64,000 nucleotides of DNA from an uncultured Elusimicrobia bacterium (GTDB taxonomy: Bacteria > Elusimicrobiota > Elusimicrobia > Elusimicrobiales > UBA9959), in the NCBI GenBank assembly GCA_903879915.1, contig CAIRNJ010000102.1, positions 13,200-77,199 of the forward strand, in the 5' to 3' direction. The notes beneath the pieces were generated by a model. That model searched no databases and was not told the origin of the DNA. It was given only the letters and a program-made list of their open reading frames with translations. A program made the translations under genes and the position numbers. Positions 63,146 through 64,000 of the stretch are shown in pieces (positions within the stretch are counted from its first letter, which is position 1; each line of letters begins with the position of its first letter).

Positions 63146-63170
63146 AGCCGGGAGTCGGAAGCCGGGAGTC
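63146..63170 (+). repeat. Direct repeat AGCCGGGAGTC x2 (14-nt period) in the intergenic region
   Basis: Copies at 63146-63156 and 63160-63170, with a partial third copy (cccgggag) starting at 63140. Located 64-88 nt upstream of the next ATG. Confidence 0.5.
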
Positions 63171-63233
63171 AGCGCAGCTGTCCGCGGCCCCAGGTTCCCG
63201 ACCCCGGCCCTCGACTTATTTCCGGAGGTAACT

Positions 63234-64000
63234 ATGCCGATAACGACAGAATTCGAATACGTCAAGCCGAAGGACATGGACGAAGCGCTCCATGTTTTTT
63301 CGCTTTACCGTGAGAAAGCCAGGGCGCTGGCCGGCGGCACCGACCTGATAGTGCATCTCAAGGAGAACCTTGCCCGGCCCGAGGTAGTGGTGGATATAAA
63401 AGCACTGGGCGAACTGGCCGGCCTGACGCTGAAAGGCGGCACGCTGCATATAGGGGCGCGGGTAACTTTCACCGAACTTCTGGAATCCCCGATCATAAAA
63501 AGCAAATTCCCGCTGCTGTGGGAGGCGGCCGGGACCGTGGCCTCGGGCGGCGTGCGCAACCGCGCCACCGTGGCCGGGAATATCTGTTCGGCTGTGCCGT
63601 CCGCGGATTCCGCGCCGGCCCTGGCGGTCTACGACGCCGAGGTGCTCACCCTCGGCATAAAAGGCGCGCGCCGCATTCCCATAGCCGAATGGTTCACCGG
63701 GCCCAAACGCACGGCCCTGCTGCCGGAGGAAATAGTCACGGCCGTGGAACTGAAGCTGCCGGCTCAAAAGCACGCCGGCTGCTATATGAAACTTTCCCGC
63801 TACGAGGGCGAGGACCTGGCGCAGGGCGGCATCGCCGCGCTGGCGTTCGCCGACAACACCTACCGCGTGGCCTTCTGCGCGCTGGGGCCCAAGCCCGCCC
63901 GCTGTCCTAAAACAGAGGCGGTGCTCAACGGCAACAAGCTCGGAGAAAAACTGCTGCTTAAGGCCAAGGCCGCGCTACTCGAAGAGGTCTGCCCGATCAG
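63234..64000 (+). CDS. FAD-binding (medium) subunit of a molybdenum hydroxylase (xanthine/CO dehydrogenase family); 3' end is outside the window
   Basis: Not in the ORF track because it is open-ended. GGAGG RBS then ATG 63234. My translation is MPITTEFEYVKPKDMDEALHVFSLYREKARALAGGTDLIVHLKEN...NRATVAGNICSAVPSADSAP, the FAD_binding_5 pattern (AGGTDL ... GN). Confidence 0.75.
   Translation, partial: MPITTEFEYVKPKDMDEALHVFSLYREKARALAGGTDLIVHLKENLARPEVVVDIKALGELAGLTLKGGTLHIGARVTFTELLESPIIKSKFPLLWEAAGTVASGGVRNRATVAGNICSAVPSADSAPALAVYDAEVLTLGIKGARRIPIAEWFTGPKRTALLPEEIVTAVELKLPAQKHAGCYMKLSRYEGEDLAQGGIAALAFADNTYRVAFCALGPKPARCPKTEAVLNGNKLGEKLLLKAKAALLEEVCPI

Overview
By eye this window is about 60-68% G+C and looks like a chromosomal segment of a diderm bacterium (Omp85-type and other OM beta-barrels, lipoboxes, YidC/RseP). 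I cannot assign a phylum from the sequence alone. Most of it is conserved housekeeping operons.

(i) The dcw cell-wall/division cluster is on the minus strand: mraZ-rsmH-ftsL-ftsI-murE-murF ... mraY-murD-ftsW-murG.
(ii) The origin-associated set rpmH-rnpA-yidD-yidC-jag-mnmE-mnmG-rsmG is also on the minus strand.
(iii) recO-glyQ-glyS follow on the plus strand.
(iv) An envelope redox cluster runs DUF4266-DUF3570-apbE-ccdA-tlpA-like.
(v) The long plus-strand run is rpsB-tsf-pyrH-(gmhA-like)-frr-uppS-cdsA-dxr-rseP-ispG-proS.

The outstanding region is a ~19.3 kb accessory block (about 4.9-24.2 kb) that splits the dcw cluster between murF and mraY. It encodes:
- an ECF sigma / zf-HC2 anti-sigma / LTXXQ (Spy-CpxP-like) triad;
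- an oversized M16 peptidase and a PD40+TPR protein with a CXXCH motif, both upstream of the triad;
- a small OM beta-barrel;
- a 1253-aa secreted protein built as [PKD-PEBP]x2-PKD-X-PKD-PEBP;
- a stand-alone secreted PEBP-like protein;
- a second secreted protein carrying the same uncharacterised ~370-420 aa X domain;
- a convergent C11 (clostripain-like) peptidase.

Four copies of an ECF-type promoter-like motif (GGAAC-N17-GTT[T/A][A/T]A) sit in front of the barrel/giant, PEBP, X-domain and anti-sigma genes. This suggests one sigma-controlled surface regulon.

Nested at the murF-proximal end of the block is a visibly AT-richer sub-island: a small signal-peptide ORF, an SBP_bac_5-like protein and a hybrid histidine kinase.

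I saw no rRNA, tRNA, CRISPR array or transposase. Many long ORFs in the supplied track are antisense shadows of real genes, as expected in high-GC DNA, and are rejected.
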